From assembly GCF_006345805.1 (NCBI RefSeq), contig NC_042998.1, forward strand, positions 107,136,001-107,200,000: 64,000 nucleotides of DNA, written 5' to 3'. The translations under genes were made by a program, and so were the position numbers. Source of the stretch: Octopus sinensis. Taxonomy: Eukaryota. Of the stretch, positions 61,154 to 64,000 are shown piece after piece. The notes below the pieces were generated by a model that made no database searches, was not told the origin of the DNA, and saw only the letters and a program-made list of their open reading frames with translations. Every line of letters begins with the position of its first letter. Within the stretch, counting starts at the first letter, position 1.

Positions 61154-61877
61154 CTGAGAAGTGGGGTGTACTGAAGTGAGTTCCCTGTTCCGCTCAGCAG
61201 ATAAACAAAAACTCTGATAGTGCGTGTGCTGAAGTTTTGTTAACGGATTCTACCACTGAACTAGTGAAATTTTTTATTTTAACCTTTTCTCACCAATGCC
61301 AGTATCCATATGTGCTGGTTCTTTATTGTTCAAGCATTCTTCCAACCAGTTATTTATTTGCTTACCTTCCTAAATTCTTTCTCAGCATTTTTTCAGTCGA
61401 TCTCGATATCTGTCAAATAAATTATTCACTCTTAATTTATCATATCTTTGCGGTCAAAAATGTTCATCCATTTCGCTTCCTTTTTCATCTCTTTCTTTCA
61501 AGCTTTCACTCTCCAGTCCACTCTGCTTTTTCCTTAGATATTCCAGTCTTTTACAGAAAACTGTTTACATTTTTCTTCTTGACATCTTTACTCTAATATG
61601 AGTTTACTCCGAAATTTCTGTTCATTGGTAATTTCTTTCACTCCCTTTGTTTTATTTTATAACAATTTCATGAACCTTTGTCCTCACAACAAACAGCACA
61701 ACTTTCACAATCACCACAAACACATAAGCAATTTTGGCCCAAATTACCACCATCACATCACTAAGGCAATCAACGTTTAACCCACTAAACTTTTGTATAC
61801 CCATTTGTTTAATAAAACATTTTATGAACACTTTTCCTACTTTTCCTCCGAACACGACAGTAAACTATTTATCTTTC

Positions 61878-61922
<45 letters not shown>

Positions 61923-62179
61923 TGTCTGTGTGTGTATACACACACGCTCATGCATTTATATATTATATACATAATTATAATATATACTTATATATGCGTG
62001 CACATACACGTATATATATATATTATACATTCATATACACACACTCACACATACAGACGCACACACACACACACACACACACATAGTTATCTATATATCT
62101 ATGTATGTGCGCACATTTCTACAGGTATACACATACAACGTAAACCCAGATAGGCACGTACACACTCGCACACACATAC

Positions 62180-62211
62180 ATGTGTGTGTGTGTGTATGTG
62201 TGTGTGTGTGT

Positions 62212-62309
<98 letters not shown>

Positions 62310-62312
62310 GTG
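62180..62312. repeat. (TG)n microsatellite (~65 units)
   Basis: Seen directly. Similar CA/TG/TA tracts lie at 7648-7770, 14510-14587, 18182-18262, 56430-56580 and 59295-59552. Confidence 0.98.
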
Positions 62313-62408
62313 CGTGTTTTACTTATTTCTATTATGTTCTTAAAAACACGATATTTGGGATCGGCAAGAGTCGAAGAGTGTGTGTTCCTGCATGACGTCC
62401 CTACATAA

Positions 62409-62446
<38 letters not shown>

Positions 62447-62943
62447 ATTTCTCCATAATTATGAATGCATGAGTTTGTATGATATATGCCTTGATTCCTC
62501 TTTAAATTGCTGCATTCAACACTGAAAAAAGTATATTTGAATAATTCATCTTTACATATGAAAATATCATAGAAAATATAGCAAAAACAGCTTTAAAAAT
62601 TTTTTTAAATATTCAAGAATTATTTTTTAAAACATCAAAACAACAATATTAATTGAGCGGTTTGGACTGATATAAACCAGAAAACAATCGAGAATTGCAA
62701 TTTGATTACATGTTTGCTTTTTAGTTTTCGTTCACTTCTTTACATACTCAATCAGTTAGTATACGTTCTGCTTTTGTTTGAATTCCCTTTTCTCTGTCTG
62801 TTTTGGTGTCCCTTAGGTTTTTTTCCTTCTTTTTTCGTTTTTGTCATTTTGTTATATTTTACACTGAAGCTCCTTTAGAAACAATATGATGCTAATGGAT
62901 TTCCCAATCGATGGCTGCATACACAGAAAACACACGATCAACA

Positions 62944-63071
<128 letters not shown>

Positions 63072-63075
63072 TTGA

Positions 63076-63392
63076 AGGCTCGTAACTTAGTGGTTAAGAT
63101 ATTCAGCTCATGATCGTAAGGTCGTGAGTTCGATAACCCAGCTGCGCGTTGTGTTCTTCAACAAGACACTTTATTTCCCATTGCCCTAGCCCACTCATCT
63201 GGCGAAAATAAGCAGTACCTGTATTTCAAAGTGCCAGCCTTATCACATTCTGTGCCACGTTGAATCTCCCTGAGAACTACGTTAAGGGTATGCATGTCCG
63301 TGGAGTGCTCAGCCAGTTGCGCGTTAATTTCACGATCAGGCTGTTCCATTGATCGGATCCACTGGAAACCTCGTCCTCGTAACCGACGGAGA
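63076..63392 (+). mobile_element. Full-length tRNA-derived SINE family D embedded in (TAG)n/(CAG)n tracts
   Basis: A-box TAGTGGTTAAG, B-box GAGTTCGATAAC, central GTGTTCTTCAACAAGACACTTTATTTC, 3' end CTCGTCCTCGTAACCGACGGAGAG, then (GTTA)n and (TAG)n. Confidence 0.92.
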
Positions 63393-63414
63393 GTTAGTTA
63401 GTTAGTTAGTTAGT

Positions 63415-63471
<57 letters not shown>

Positions 63472-64000
63472 CAGCAGCAGCAGCAACAGCCTCAGTGGCA
63501 GCATTGGTGGTGGAATGGTGCTGTTAGTGGGGTGGTGGTGGTGGTGGTAAAGTTTTAAATTTCGCTTATATAAGTGTTATTCGATATTAAATTGATCAGT
63601 GCCTGTTGCGATCGATTATTATTTGTTTCCTGTTCGATAATGCTGATGATGTTATTCCGCTCACAACATGTAAGACCAGTAACTTAAAATCATCGACTTT
63701 TCTGTTATTCCAACAAAACCCAATTCATGTTACTATTCAACTAAGTTACTTTCTTGTTAATTTGAAAGAAATATTGTATTAGGTGAAAATTTCATAATCG
63801 CCTACCAATCCATAACAAAAATATTAGATTCTTTCGACAAGACTAAAAATATTTTCATAGAGTCCTCGTAACCGCTTAGAATATTACTGATATTTGATGA
63901 GAGCTGAGTTCTTCTTAAGAGATCCTACGGTCTGATCGGCTATAAATAACAATCAGATCTTTAATTACATTCGACCGTCTTCGAAAAATATGACACATTT

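Noticed and set aside
63076-63150. tRNA genes at SINE heads (also near 13937, 21125, 31745 and 44920)
   Set aside because: A/B boxes are present, but there is no complete cloverleaf and each head continues into a SINE body.

Overview
AT-rich eukaryotic (metazoan) non-coding DNA, either intergenic or deep intronic, that is dense in microsatellites and transposon relics. The SINE families and microsatellite load resemble an Octopus/coleoid cephalopod genome; this comes from recalled repeat families and was not verified by a search. No intact host gene, tRNA, rRNA or CRISPR array can be supported, and almost all ORFs in the track are translations of microsatellites or antisense repeats. Recognisable content: (i) R4/Dong-clade RLE-endonuclease non-LTR retroelements, one nearly full length but decayed (9.2-12.4 kb) plus several fragments; (ii) RTE LINE fragments and a CR1/L2-type fragment; (iii) Penelope-like element (PLE) remnants, comprising a GIY-YIG C-terminus and several pseudo-LTR pieces that carry minimal type I hammerhead-ribozyme motifs; (iv) two mariner elements with TIRs, a Tigger/pogo transposase relic, a Helitron helicase relic, and mariner, hAT and pogo-type MITEs; (v) at least five SINE-like families in dozens of copies. 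The most interesting signals are the hammerhead motif family with compensatory stem changes, a ~0.9 kb unit bounded by inverted hammerhead-bearing repeats, same-orientation stacking of retroposons on (AAT)n and (AAG)n tracts, and closely spaced inverted SINE pairs that could be A-to-I editing substrates. Coordinates were counted by hand; repeat boundaries are approximate to roughly 10-30 nt unless TIRs or TSDs define them.
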